Virus record (IMG/VR): IMGVR_UViG_3300044655_001510 | Source of the DNA: an uncultured virus (IMG/VR IMGVR_UViG_3300044655_001510) | Taxonomy: Duplodnaviria > Heunggongvirae > Uroviricota > Caudoviricetes | Strand: one strand, 5' to 3' | DNA: 64,000 nucleotides | Part shown: positions 20,033-28,479 of the stretch, in pieces | Numbering within the stretch: position 1 is the stretch's first letter | Layout of the letters: every line of letters begins with the position of its first letter | Notes under the pieces: generated by a model | Database searches by the model: none | What the model was told of the DNA's origin: nothing | Seen by the model: only the letters and a program-made list of their open reading frames with translations | Position numbers and translations under genes: made by a program

Positions 20033-20127
20033 GTGGATTTGTTGGTTTATGATTGAATTCAACTTAGAGGTGCGAGGAGCTATTGTAATATCGCGAGCAC
20101 CGCTAGGTTGGATTTTATTTTAGTGAT

Positions 20128-20150
20128 GCGAGTGCCGATAGGCACGAGCC
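20128..20150 (+). repeat. GCGAG-NNN-cGNTAg-N'N'N'-CGAGC hairpin element (representative of ~18 copies)
   Basis: GCGAG TGC CGATAG GCA CGAGCC; other copies listed in findings. Confidence 0.85.
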
Positions 20151-20304
20151 TTAAGGCATTATCTTTTAGACAAAAAGAAACCCGAGCTAAGTCGGGTTCC
20201 TTGGGTTTCATTATCTTTTAGATTCGAAAAGATAAATACTCATAGTAAAAGATATCGGGAAATATCTTGAACTACTAATCAACGTCTATAGAGGAGACAT
20301 CAAT

Positions 20305-21495
20305 ATGACAGTATTTAGCCCAGAAAAAACACAAGAGTTTATCACGTTAGCAACTGAAAAACATGGTAATAAGTATACCTATGAAAAAGTTCAAGTTAGA
20401 GACGGGACGGGTTATAAAAAAGATAAACTGACAATCTATTGTCTGAAGCATGGTTATTTCGATCAATCATGGAATTCGCATCTTTCATCTAGTGGATGTA
20501 TTAAATGTGCACACGATAGGGTAAATGAAGCAAACACCAAAACACAGGAACAAGTTATTGCGGAATTCCAAGAAGTTCATGGGACCCGTTACAAATATCA
20601 TTTAGTGGACTATAAAAAAGGACATATACCAGTATTGATTGAATGTACAAAGCACGGTGTGTTTTCTCAAACACCATCAAATCACCTGCAAGGTGGATGT
20701 GAAACATGTTCATATGAGTTGAGATCAGAGAATCTTCGACAGGATAGAGACAGTTTAATTGCTGATTTTAATCGAATCCATAACTCGGTATATGATTATT
20801 CACTAATGGAAGATTACAAAAATGGAAATGATAAAATAACAGTCATATGTAAAAAGCATGAACCATTTAAGATTTCAATTTTAAAACATAAGGCGGGTCA
20901 GGGATGTAAAGAATGCGGGAAATTGGCAGCAGCTGATATTCGTAGATTAGACCAGAGTGTTATGTTGGAAAGATATAGAGAAGCACACGGCGATCGTTAT
21001 GGATACGACTATTTTGAGTATAAAACAGCACATACTAAGATAAAGGTAGAGTGTTTTGATCATGGTATATTTGAAATTACGGCGAGAGATCATGTTAAAA
21101 GTGGCTGTCCAAAATGTAGATTAGCTGAACAATCATCACATATTTCACATAGATGGTTGGATAGTTTGGGAATACCATTAGAAAAAGAATATAGATTCCC
21201 GCAATATAAAGGTAGACCAGTGGATGGATTTCACGTCGAATCTAACACAATCTATCAATTTCATGGTGATTATTTTCATGGAAATCCAGTAGTATATGAT
21301 GCTAACGAATATAATGCATTGGTGAAAAAGACGTTTGGTGCGATATATGAAAATAGTTGCCGCGTTGATCAAGATTTTAGAGATCTTGGTTGTAATTTAG
21401 TTATTATGTGGGAGCATGATTGGAAAATTCATGAACGAGAACAACGTGAATTACGAAAACAGCAAGTATTGGAAGAACGGAAAAATAAGCAGTAG
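20305..21495 (+). CDS. Homing-endonuclease-like protein: four Zn-binding (DUF723-like) repeats plus C-terminal Vsr/PD-(D/E)xK-type nuclease
   Basis: Repeats C.KHG.F..H..GC..C; C-terminal VDG..YQFHGDYFHG..MWEHDW. Confidence 0.8.
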   Translation: MTVFSPEKTQEFITLATEKHGNKYTYEKVQVRDGTGYKKDKLTIYCLKHGYFDQSWNSHLSSSGCIKCAHDRVNEANTKTQEQVIAEFQEVHGTRYKYHLVDYKKGHIPVLIECTKHGVFSQTPSNHLQGGCETCSYELRSENLRQDRDSLIADFNRIHNSVYDYSLMEDYKNGNDKITVICKKHEPFKISILKHKAGQGCKECGKLAAADIRRLDQSVMLERYREAHGDRYGYDYFEYKTAHTKIKVECFDHGIFEITARDHVKSGCPKCRLAEQSSHISHRWLDSLGIPLEKEYRFPQYKGRPVDGFHVESNTIYQFHGDYFHGNPVVYDANEYNALVKKTFGAIYENSCRVDQDFRDLGCNLVIMWEHDWKIHEREQRELRKQQVLEERKNKQ

Positions 21496-21503
21496 GATAA
21501 AAG

Positions 21504-21528
21504 AAAGGCCACCGCAAGGTGGCCTTTT
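21504..21528. terminator. Bidirectional intrinsic terminator
   Basis: AAAGGCCACC-GCAA-GGTGGCCTTTT between convergent genes. Confidence 0.8.
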
Positions 21529-21531
21529 GCA

Positions 21532-22125
21532 TTAAATAGATTTCAATTGTCGTTTAGTTACAATCTCATCGGCTAGCCCGTATGCAATTGCTTCTTCGGC
21601 TGAAAGGAAGAAATCACGTGACATATCGTGTTCTAGTTTTTCGAAAGTTTGCCCAGTGTTTTTGACATATATATTTGTTAGTAATGTATTCAATCTCAAC
21701 GTCTCAGCCATTGCAATTTTCATATCAACCGCAGTTCCTTGGTTTCCACTTGACACGCAGTGTAATAAATGTCTAGCATTTGGTAGCATAAAACGCTTAC
21801 CTTTAGTTGCTGAACTAGCTATGATAGATCCCATCGATGCTGATTGGCCCATTGTGTAACTAAAAATATCGTTAGAAATCATGGACATACAATCTACGAT
21901 CGCAAGACCACTTAACACGGATCCTCCGGGGCTATTGATATACATGTGAATGTCTTTTGTTGGATCTTGTGCTTCAAGAAATAACAATTGCGCTGTTACA
22001 GAAGCAGCCATTTGATCGTTGATATCGGTCGAAATCACAATTATGCGATCTCTGAGTAATTGTGAAAAAATATCAAAAACTCTTTCACTGTTGCTCGTTT
22101 TCTCTACTACCATTGGTACCATCAT
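21532..22125 (-). CDS. clpP: ATP-dependent Clp protease proteolytic subunit
   Basis: DIFSQLLRDRII, YINSPGG, SASMG (Ser), H, RDFFLSAEEAIAYGLAD. Confidence 0.95.
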   Translation of the reverse strand: MMVPMVVEKTSNSERVFDIFSQLLRDRIIVISTDINDQMAASVTAQLLFLEAQDPTKDIHMYINSPGGSVLSGLAIVDCMSMISNDIFSYTMGQSASMGSIIASSATKGKRFMLPNARHLLHCVSSGNQGTAVDMKIAMAETLRLNTLLTNIYVKNTGQTFEKLEHDMSRDFFLSAEEAIAYGLADEIVTKRQLKSI

Positions 22126-22331
22126 GCTGTAACTCCTAAGTTTTAAATTGTAAGAAAGGTTAGTATAACCCTGATAAGAAAGTAAGTCAATCGTTAATTC
22201 ATATTAGTTTTACATTGGCTCGCACCTAGCGGTGCTCGCAACATTAATATTGTCAAGATGCTCGGCGGCTATCGCGCCTCGCAAACAATATAATACAACA
22301 ATACCACAATACCACAAAACCCAAAACAAAA

Positions 22332-22607
22332 CTATTCTAAATCACGAACAGGGTGCACACCTAATTGATAATCATTCACACCGAACCTAGTACTGAATGG
22401 TGACAAATACTTGATGTGGTTGTTGGCGGTAACTTCAGACGACCAGTAATTTCCGGGTTCGATCAATCCTCGACCTAGCATCACATGTAGTTCAGCGATC
22501 GTAGGTAATCTCCAACCGGTCTTACCCCCAATATTAAGAGCAAAACAGAACAATCGGGCTTCGTCCCAAGTTGCCTTAATCCAAACTGGTGCTATTTCGA
22601 ATTTCAT
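22332..22607 (-). CDS. DUF1566/Lcl-C-like domain protein
   Basis: Family motifs, NYWSS. Confidence 0.85.
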   Translation of the reverse strand: MKFEIAPVWIKATWDEARLFCFALNIGGKTGWRLPTIAELHVMLGRGLIEPGNYWSSEVTANNHIKYLSPFSTRFGVNDYQLGVHPVRDLE

Positions 22608-22948
22608 GATAAATCCCTTACTGCTCTGACTGTGAATCGATTGAACTTCGGGTGTTGTCCTGACAATTGATTCATGAAATTAAATCCAAACGCAGTGACT
22701 GTGGAATCCCATGTAGTGGCAGTAGATGACCAATAGTATAGATAGTCAAAATCATTGGCAGTAGATGACCAATAGTGTAGATATTCAAAATCATACTCAT
22801 TGGGAGCGTCGTAAATATTCTGTAATTCAAAAATTGACGGTAATCTCCAACCCGTTTTACCATCGATATTAAGAGAGAAACAGAACAATCGTGCATCATC
22901 CCAGTTGGCTTGGATCTCAGTTGATTTAGGTGCTATTTCGAATTTCAT
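22604..22948 (-). CDS. DUF1566/Lcl-C-like domain protein with internal 13-aa duplication
   Basis: APKSTE..WRLPS..(YWSSTA)x2..VRAVR. Confidence 0.85.
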   Translation of the reverse strand: MKFEIAPKSTEIQANWDDARLFCFSLNIDGKTGWRLPSIFELQNIYDAPNEYDFEYLHYWSSTANDFDYLYYWSSTATTWDSTVTAFGFNFMNQLSGQHPKFNRFTVRAVRDLS

Positions 22949-22978
22949 AGTGTTAACTGCTTTTGTTAAGATTCTAGT

Positions 22979-23006
22979 AGTATAAACGGATTTTCTGAAA
23001 TGTCAA
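22979..23006 (-). promoter_or_regulatory. Sigma70-type promoter
   Basis: TTGACA-16-TATACT upstream of 22948. Confidence 0.7.
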
Positions 23007-23070
23007 GTGGTTAATTGCTCGCCACTAGCGTGGCTCGCGATAATATCAATCAACCTAGGTTAATTATCTT

Positions 23071-23862
23071 TTAGTATGGGAATTCAGTTTTATTTGCGTA
23101 GGTTGGGCGGTAAGCAATAACAAAACCACCTACTTGGATTAGCTGTTCTGCTGCTACAATAGGTTGCATATTGTTTCTGTCATAGAAGTAAGCGTGACGT
23201 TCTGGATCCATACCAACTTGTTTCCAAGCTGGATTTTTCATTGCTTTTTCTGCATAGGCTTTTGCTTGCTCGGAACTCATTGGTACCCAATTACCTTTCA
23301 TCACAGCGATTGTACCTTTTTCATTTCCTTTGGCGATCTTCATTGCTGCGTTTGGATGTACACCTAGGGTTGCATTAGTTATGATTGCGGTTGAAGTATA
23401 GGCTATTGGTGTTCCAGCATCCCAACCTTTCTTTTGTTCGTGAACAGCAACCACCCAAGTATCTTTATCACGGTAAGATGGGATATCTAATCTTAATCCA
23501 ACTGGGTATCCTTTTGGTAGCAATTCCATCGGATCTTTTACTTTTTCAGTTTTGTCTTTTGTTATTACATCTTTGATTTTTTCAATAGCTGCATACATAG
23601 GAACTTCTTCATATGGGTAAACGGCTTTGACTTTGTTGACAAGTTGATCGTATTCTTGTTTAGACATTTCACCTGCTTCAACCTTTTTAATTGCGGCTTG
23701 TAGGTCTTTAGACCGTTTGGTTACATCCTTATAATGCATTGCTTGTCTGGATGTACCTTTCTCTGGTGCTGGTTGAAATTCTGGTTCGGTATTGAACGAG
23801 AGTATGTCAGCAGTTTTGGTATCGGTTTTTTTTATTGCTTCAACGATTTCGTGAATTCGCAT
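23071..23862 (-). CDS. Putative internal head protein (MRIHEIVE N-terminus)
   Basis: 263 aa; TAAATA upstream; VGLRLDIP and QVGMDPERHAYFYD motifs. Confidence 0.7.
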   Translation of the reverse strand: MRIHEIVEAIKKTDTKTADILSFNTEPEFQPAPEKGTSRQAMHYKDVTKRSKDLQAAIKKVEAGEMSKQEYDQLVNKVKAVYPYEEVPMYAAIEKIKDVITKDKTEKVKDPMELLPKGYPVGLRLDIPSYRDKDTWVVAVHEQKKGWDAGTPIAYTSTAIITNATLGVHPNAAMKIAKGNEKGTIAVMKGNWVPMSSEQAKAYAEKAMKNPAWKQVGMDPERHAYFYDRNNMQPIVAAEQLIQVGGFVIAYRPTYANKTEFPY

Positions 23863-23992
23863 TGGGTAACTCCTTTGGCGTATTGGTATATTTAGTGGTT
23901 GGTATTGTAGTTTTGTTTGGTCGGGTTGTCAAGTGGTTATTGTTGTGGATTTTGTTTGGTAGCGAGCACCGCTAGGTGCGAGCCATATAACA

Positions 23993-24018
23993 GAAAACCC
24001 ACTTTAGGGTGGGTTTTC
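23993..24018. terminator. Hairpin downstream of the VR-like gene (terminator and/or DGR-type target hairpin)
   Basis: GAAAACCCAC-6nt-GTGGGTTTTC, 22 nt after stop at 24041. Confidence 0.6.
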
Positions 24019-24040
24019 AATATTACGTTACAAAAAAAGC

Positions 24041-24581
24041 CTAAATGGTTGATCGCCGGGTGGCTCTAACGACGCGGTAGATGTCGTTCTTCTTGATGTT
24101 GCTCTGGTTGCCATTGCTTAAATTCTGCATCCAGACGTCAACGTCATTGTACTCAGTAGAGGACAAGTAGTAGTTACCAACACCAGTACCGAACGCATTA
24201 GCGGTGGCGAATGGAGTTGCTGATTTATTTGAATACATGGTAAGTAATTCGTTTTTAGCTGGTAGGTACCAGGTACTATAACCACCGGTGGTTAATGATT
24301 TTGCGTAATAAGCCGCTGGGTGCGCGGCAGAACCAAAACTATGTAGGGTTGTGGTATTATCTACGCCATTGGTGGTACTGGTGGTGCTACGAACTGTTCC
24401 ATAACTACCCCATGTTTTTCCTACTTCAGTCGATTTAGGTGCTACGTATAAATTAAAGTTTCCACTGGCACCGAGGCAATAACCTTTTGTGGAAGAACCA
24501 GAACCAATTGGTACATTAGGCCAAGCAGGACCCCCCCCCCGATACCTGGGTTCGTCTATGAAATTTTTGTAAACTACTCAT
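24041..24581 (-). pseudogene. Full-length DUF1566/CLec DGR-target-like protein interrupted by G10 tract (possibly phase variable)
   Basis: ATG at 24581 with AGGAG RBS; G10 (24531-24540) gives a stop after 21 aa; G9 gives a 179-aa ORF ..VAPKSTE..AKSLTTGGYSTWYLPAKNEL..YYLSSTEY..VRATRR. Confidence 0.8.
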
Positions 24582-24735
24582 TTTACTTCTCCTTTTATAA
24601 TATATACTTGTATTTACCGAGTTTTTGACAATCCACTATCAATATAACTGTAAAATATGAGCATCCAGCATACACTTAAGCTCGTCACTTCGTTCCTCGC
24701 AACAACTCAATATATAATAAGGAGTAAACTAACGG

Positions 24736-24763
24736 TTGACATTCTGATTTTATACAGTATACT
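24736..24763 (+). promoter_or_regulatory. Sigma70-type promoter
   Basis: TTGACA-16-TATACT upstream of 24794. Confidence 0.7.
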
Positions 24764-24793
24764 ACCGGTAATTTAATCAAGCAGGAACATAAT

Positions 24794-25084
24794 ATGAACA
24801 TTGAAATAGCACCAACGGTGATAACAGCTAACTGGGACGATGCCAGGTTGTATTGTTTTTCTCTTAATGTTGATGGTAAAACTGGATGGAGATTACCAAC
24901 CAGATTGGAATTACTCGAAATATATCAGTCTGGTAGATATGTACGATTAAATTTTTGGTGTTGGTCTGCTACTGAGTACAATGATGTTGGAGCTTGGGTT
25001 AAACTATTTGGAAATGGTAGAGACGATGTCCGTCTTAAAGAGACCAGCCACGGTCTAGTTATGGCTGTGAGGGATTTGGTATGA
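24794..25084 (+). CDS. DUF1566/Lcl-C-like domain protein
   Basis: Family motifs, CWSATEYN. Confidence 0.85.
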   Translation: MNIEIAPTVITANWDDARLYCFSLNVDGKTGWRLPTRLELLEIYQSGRYVRLNFWCWSATEYNDVGAWVKLFGNGRDDVRLKETSHGLVMAVRDLV

Positions 25085-25398
25085 ACATTGAAATAGCACC
25101 AGAAGAATATCGAAAATACGAGTTGACGTGGGATGAAGCAAAGATGTATTGTTTTAGTCTTAATATAGATGGTAAGGTTGGATGGAGATTACCAACAATT
25201 GACGAACTGATAGGCATTCGTGATACGTTTTACTTAGACTTTAATGACCCATCAGTTTGGGTGTGGACTATTGAATGTACCGACGATGATCAGGCGACTC
25301 AAGTTGATTTAACTGATTTTGAGACGTTGACGTATTACAAAACCGATGGTGATTCGGTTTGGGCTTATCCTGTGAGGGATGTATGTACTTTGAAATAG
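25081..25398 (+). CDS. DUF1566/Lcl-C-like domain protein
   Basis: Family motifs. Confidence 0.85.
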   Translation: MNIEIAPEEYRKYELTWDEAKMYCFSLNIDGKVGWRLPTIDELIGIRDTFYLDFNDPSVWVWTIECTDDDQATQVDLTDFETLTYYKTDGDSVWAYPVRDVCTLK

Positions 25399-25631
25399 CA
25401 CCCAAATCAACAGAGATAGAAGCCACTTTGGGTGAAGCTAGGATGTATTGCTTTTCTCTTAATATAGATGGTAAAGTTGGATGGAGATTACCTACAGGAG
25501 AAGAACTAAACGAGATTTACGAATCAGAAAATGAGTATGCAACCACTTGGTATCATTGGACTGCAGACGATGATGTGGAGAGTGATGGCAGACTTTATGT
25601 TAGACCTATTCGAGATCTAAAAGATAATTGA
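25383..25631 (+). CDS. Minimal DUF1566/Lcl-C-like domain protein
   Basis: Start MYFEIAPKSTE. Confidence 0.85.
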   Translation: MYFEIAPKSTEIEATLGEARMYCFSLNIDGKVGWRLPTGEELNEIYESENEYATTWYHWTADDDVESDGRLYVRPIRDLKDN

Positions 25632-25720
25632 ACCATTTTGATACCTCGTGAGCAATAAAACACTTGACAACCTAGACTAACTACAGTAAACTTGCTGCAA
25701 CATTAACAGAGGAGTGCAAT

Positions 25721-26101
25721 ATGATTACCGAAGAATTACGCACATATATTGACATGGTTGCCACGGAATGGGAATCAGATCAGTTGTACGAGATGGCCAA
25801 TGTATTCCCAAAACGGCATGGTATAGAGAATGTTGTCATTTGGGTTGGTAAGGCTCCGAAGCAGCATGGCTTACGAGTAAAGGTTTCTAACATACCAAAC
25901 AAAATGAGCATGCCGGATAGCTTCGTAATCATGATTCCAAGTTTGGATTACGACCCACTGCAAGTAGCGGATTGGATTACTACTAAAACAATGAATCGAA
26001 TACTTGATTGGATTAAACTGAATCAAGCCTTGTTAAATGACTATGAAACCGGTATCCTTGATGATACTGAGTTGTTTTTAAACAATATATCTAAGGTATG
26101 A
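25721..26101 (+). CDS. Hypothetical phage protein
   Basis: GAGGAG RBS; EMAN..GIENVVIWVG..HGLRVKVSN. Confidence 0.75.
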   Translation: MITEELRTYIDMVATEWESDQLYEMANVFPKRHGIENVVIWVGKAPKQHGLRVKVSNIPNKMSMPDSFVIMIPSLDYDPLQVADWITTKTMNRILDWIKLNQALLNDYETGILDDTELFLNNISKV

Positions 26102-26493
26102 ATATGGAAAACGAACACACCGATTTCAACTTTGATTTAGAACGTATGAAAGAGGCAGTTGAATCAAAAACAGTTTCAATTCCAGTAGCGGCATTGGAAA
26201 ATTTCGAGGCATTTGATGCTTGGCTTAATACAGAAGAAAACGGGTATAGCAAACTAAGAAGTCGATTACCAAATCCATTTGCAGTTGATTATCAGCACGA
26301 ATCTGGTCCACTAGACATATACACTGAAGTTGAAATGATGAAGTTTGCTGAATCAATTATCAAGGAAGCTGTGAAAGTTCTCGACGACTATAGTGAATCA
26401 CTTGATTGCGGTACTGACTACAAAAATGGATATAGTCACGGATTTGAATGGGCTATCAACGTATTAGAAAATCACTTTGGAGTTAAATCATGA
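26098..26493 (+). CDS. Hypothetical protein
   Basis: Coupled ORF. Confidence 0.65.
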   Translation: MNMENEHTDFNFDLERMKEAVESKTVSIPVAALENFEAFDAWLNTEENGYSKLRSRLPNPFAVDYQHESGPLDIYTEVEMMKFAESIIKEAVKVLDDYSESLDCGTDYKNGYSHGFEWAINVLENHFGVKS

Positions 26494-26891
26494 ATCATTC
26501 TGCTATCTTCAACCTAGTTGAAGAAATTGACAAGCCAACCAAAGCATCCGAAATGATGGAATACTCTAATTCTTATTACAGACAAATGAATCCTAGGGAA
26601 TGGGATATTCCATTTGCTGATAAGGACATTCAATATGTAAAACTGTTCGAGAAATTGGATTGTACTGAAAGAGAAAAAGACATCGCGTTTATTTCTAATT
26701 TCTTCCATTCAGTATACGTTACTCTACATGTAACGATTCTTGCTTTAGGCGAACGACCTAGTCCTAGTGCAATTGATGATTTAAACAGAACCTTTGTGAC
26801 TTTACAAAGATTAGATGCAGTAGAAACATTACTGAATGGTAAGATTACAACTGAAGAACTTTATCGAATTATTGGAGAGTTGACAAAATGA
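26490..26891 (+). CDS. Hypothetical protein
   Basis: Coupled ORF. Confidence 0.65.
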   Translation: MNHSAIFNLVEEIDKPTKASEMMEYSNSYYRQMNPREWDIPFADKDIQYVKLFEKLDCTEREKDIAFISNFFHSVYVTLHVTILALGERPSPSAIDDLNRTFVTLQRLDAVETLLNGKITTEELYRIIGELTK

Positions 26892-27057
26892 ACGAACAGA
26901 TTAAACAAGCAGCATTAAACGCAGCAAATGCGATCGCAGATGATTTCGTAGTGGGTTTCTGTGACCATCGAATGGTTGAGCACTTTGCTGCTCATATTGA
27001 AAAACATATTGCACTGTTGGTTGAATCAATAACCAACGAACAGTTCGGAGTTGAGCA

Positions 27058-27315
27058 ATGAATGGTAGAATCAAAGAACTGTTGTATCAGGCCAACTTAC
27101 TCGATGACGATGGTTGGAGTACAAGCAACTTGACAAGGGATGTAGAGCAGTTTGCGCAGTTGGTTATCCAAGAATGTATTGATCAAATAGAATCCTATCA
27201 AATTCCTGTTGGTAATAGTCCTGCTGGTGAACTAGCCAGTGAATGGACATACGATGCGTTATCTACAATTAGAGATAACATTAAAGAACATTTAGGGATC
27301 AAGCCATGCGAGTAG
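27058..27315 (+). CDS. Hypothetical phage protein (MNxRIKEL..FAQLVIQEC type)
   Basis: Coupled ORF. Confidence 0.7.
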   Translation: MNGRIKELLYQANLLDDDGWSTSNLTRDVEQFAQLVIQECIDQIESYQIPVGNSPAGELASEWTYDALSTIRDNIKEHLGIKPCE

Positions 27316-27752
27316 TAAAAGGTGATCTAATACAATTGGCATTACAACAACGATTTGATGTGATCGTGCATGGTTGTAATTGCTTCAATAATATGGGTGG
27401 TGGGATTGCAAGACAACTTGCAATTCGGTGGCCTGAAGTAGCAGTAGTTGACCGTGATACAAACATGGGAGACAAGAACAAACTTGGTACTTTTACAATC
27501 GCAGAAACTCCTGTGTGTAAAGTTGTGAATGCGTATACACAGTATCACTACGGACAAGCCACTGGTCCGCATTTCGATTATGCCGCATTTGGTTTAGTAC
27601 TTGAAAACTTAGAAAAACGATTTAGTCCAGAAACTAAGTTTGGATTCCCATTAATCGGTTGTGGACTGGCTGGTGGTGACGAGATCCGTATTTTACGCAT
27701 GATCAAAGAATGGTCAACGTTTAGGGACGTTACTGTTGTTCGCTTTGACTAA
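27306..27752 (+). CDS. Macrodomain protein (T4 Tk.4-like)
   Basis: GDL, HGCNCFNNMGGGIA, NAYTQ, PLIGCGLAGG. Confidence 0.9.
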   Translation: MRVVKGDLIQLALQQRFDVIVHGCNCFNNMGGGIARQLAIRWPEVAVVDRDTNMGDKNKLGTFTIAETPVCKVVNAYTQYHYGQATGPHFDYAAFGLVLENLEKRFSPETKFGFPLIGCGLAGGDEIRILRMIKEWSTFRDVTVVRFD

Positions 27753-27768
27753 AAGATAATAGACTAAT

Positions 27769-28062
27769 ATGAACTTTGAAATAGCACCTAAATCCACTGA
27801 GAGTCAATTAACATGGGATGATGCCCGTTTGTATTGTTTTGCTCTCAATATTGATGGTAAGACCGGTTGGCGTTTACCCACTAAAGCAGAGCTAGTTGAG
27901 ATATTTCAGTCGGCAAATGACTTTAGGGGATTTTGGTACTGGTCATCTACTGAGTACAATGGCAAGAATGTATGGGTTCAAACATTCAACAATGGTTTTC
28001 AAAGTCTACTCGGGAAATACGATAACGTCTCATACGTTAGAGCCATTAGGGATTTATCATGA
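27769..28062 (+). CDS. DUF1566/Lcl-C-like domain protein with VR-like C-terminus
   Basis: WYWSSTEYN..W.Q.FNNG.Q..YVRAIR. Confidence 0.9.
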   Translation: MNFEIAPKSTESQLTWDDARLYCFALNIDGKTGWRLPTKAELVEIFQSANDFRGFWYWSSTEYNGKNVWVQTFNNGFQSLLGKYDNVSYVRAIRDLS

Positions 28063-28370
28063 AATACGAAATAGCACCTAAATCCACTGAAACGAAACTC
28101 AATTGGAATGATGCCAGATTATATTGCTTCTCTCTTAATATCGATGGTAAGACTGGATGGAGATTACCGACCAAGGACGAATTGAACGAAATATACGAAT
28201 CAGAAAATGATTTTGAAAACCGTTGGTACTGGTCCTCTACTGAGTACGATGACAGATACGCCTGGGGTCAGCAGGCTTGGAGTCAGGATTTGGGTCAGTA
28301 TGGCAAGGGCATCGATGGTAAAAACGGCGTCAACTACGTTAGAGCCATTCGAGATCTAAAAGATAATTGA
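28059..28370 (+). CDS. DUF1566/Lcl-C-like domain protein with VR-like C-terminus
   Basis: WYWSSTEYD..AW..NYVRAIR. Confidence 0.9.
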   Translation: MKYEIAPKSTETKLNWNDARLYCFSLNIDGKTGWRLPTKDELNEIYESENDFENRWYWSSTEYDDRYAWGQQAWSQDLGQYGKGIDGKNGVNYVRAIRDLKDN

Positions 28371-28479
28371 ACCACACGATTGCGAGCACCGCTAGGTGCG
28401 AGCCAATAACAAAAACACTTGACAACCTAGACTAACTACTATATACTCCACCCAACATTAACCACAACGGAAAATTAAA

